Virus record (IMG/VR): IMGVR_UViG_3300045988_020793
Coordinates: 1-5,069 of that record
Reading direction: 5' to 3' (one strand)
DNA: 5,069 nucleotides
From: a virus
Part shown: one piece after another, positions 4,931-5,069 of the stretch
Layout of the letters: the number at the start of each line of letters is the position of its first letter
Position numbering within the stretch: the first letter of the stretch is position 1
The notes under the pieces: model-generated
Database searches by the model: none
What the model was told of the DNA's origin: nothing
The model's input: the letters and a program-made list of their open reading frames with translations, nothing else
Made by a program: the position numbers and the translations under genes

Positions 4931-4958
4931 GACCGTCCACTTGTGGCGGTCTTTTTTT
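4931..4958 (+). terminator. Rho-independent terminator-like hairpin plus T7 at the end of the VP3 transcription unit
   Basis: GACCG(T)CCA (4931-4939) pairs with TGGCGGTC (4944-4951), giving 8 bp with one bulged T. The loop is 4 nt. TTTTTTT follows at 4952-4958. The T-tract is also seen at 2-8 in the duplicated end. Confidence 0.65.
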
Positions 4959-5069
4959 GTAGATATCTCAACGATTTGCGCACGGGTACACGCCGGAACC
5001 AGTTACTTACTTGATGTAACTGGTTCCGGTGACACCCCGATGCACGTGCGGGTACTCAACGCACTGCTC
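4951..5069. repeat. Terminal direct repeat, copy 2 (identical to 1-119)
   Basis: Exact 119-nt identity with the window start. The offset of 4,950 nt gives the genome unit length. Confidence 0.9.

Overview
The window is one complete circular genome of a small ssDNA phage, family Microviridae, with Gokushovirinae-type gene content. Bases 1-119 are repeated exactly at 4951-5069. This is the signature of a circular molecule linearised with an assembly overlap, giving a unit length of 4,950 nt. All convincing genes are on the + strand, as expected for Microviridae, and they are tightly packed. The order is VP1 major capsid (276-1940), a 20-aa hydrophobic micro-ORF (1950-2012), VP2 minor capsid/pilot protein (2014-2637), a 32-aa amphipathic basic micro-ORF (2634-2732), an Arg/Lys-rich J/VP8-like DNA-binding peptide (2740-2862), an orphan 76-aa ORF (2938-3168), VP4 HUH replication initiator (3147-4058), VP5 (4061-4351) and VP3 internal scaffold (4431-4880). 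The main non-coding region runs from 4881 across the junction to 275, about 345 nt. It is densely structured, with a 9-bp hairpin, two T-tract terminator-like hairpins and a perfect 14-bp hairpin flanked by short direct repeats. I see no tRNA, rRNA, CRISPR array, transposon, integrase or recognisable lysis enzyme. The points most worth follow-up are the two gap-filling micro-ORFs flanking VP2, which are possible membrane-active or lysis candidates in a phage group with no defined lysis gene. Others are the orphan ORF overlapping the Rep start, the candidate origin hairpin, and a GC-rich nested palindrome across the VP5 stop codon. Homology calls rest on my recognition of conserved family motifs in the translations, not on database searches.
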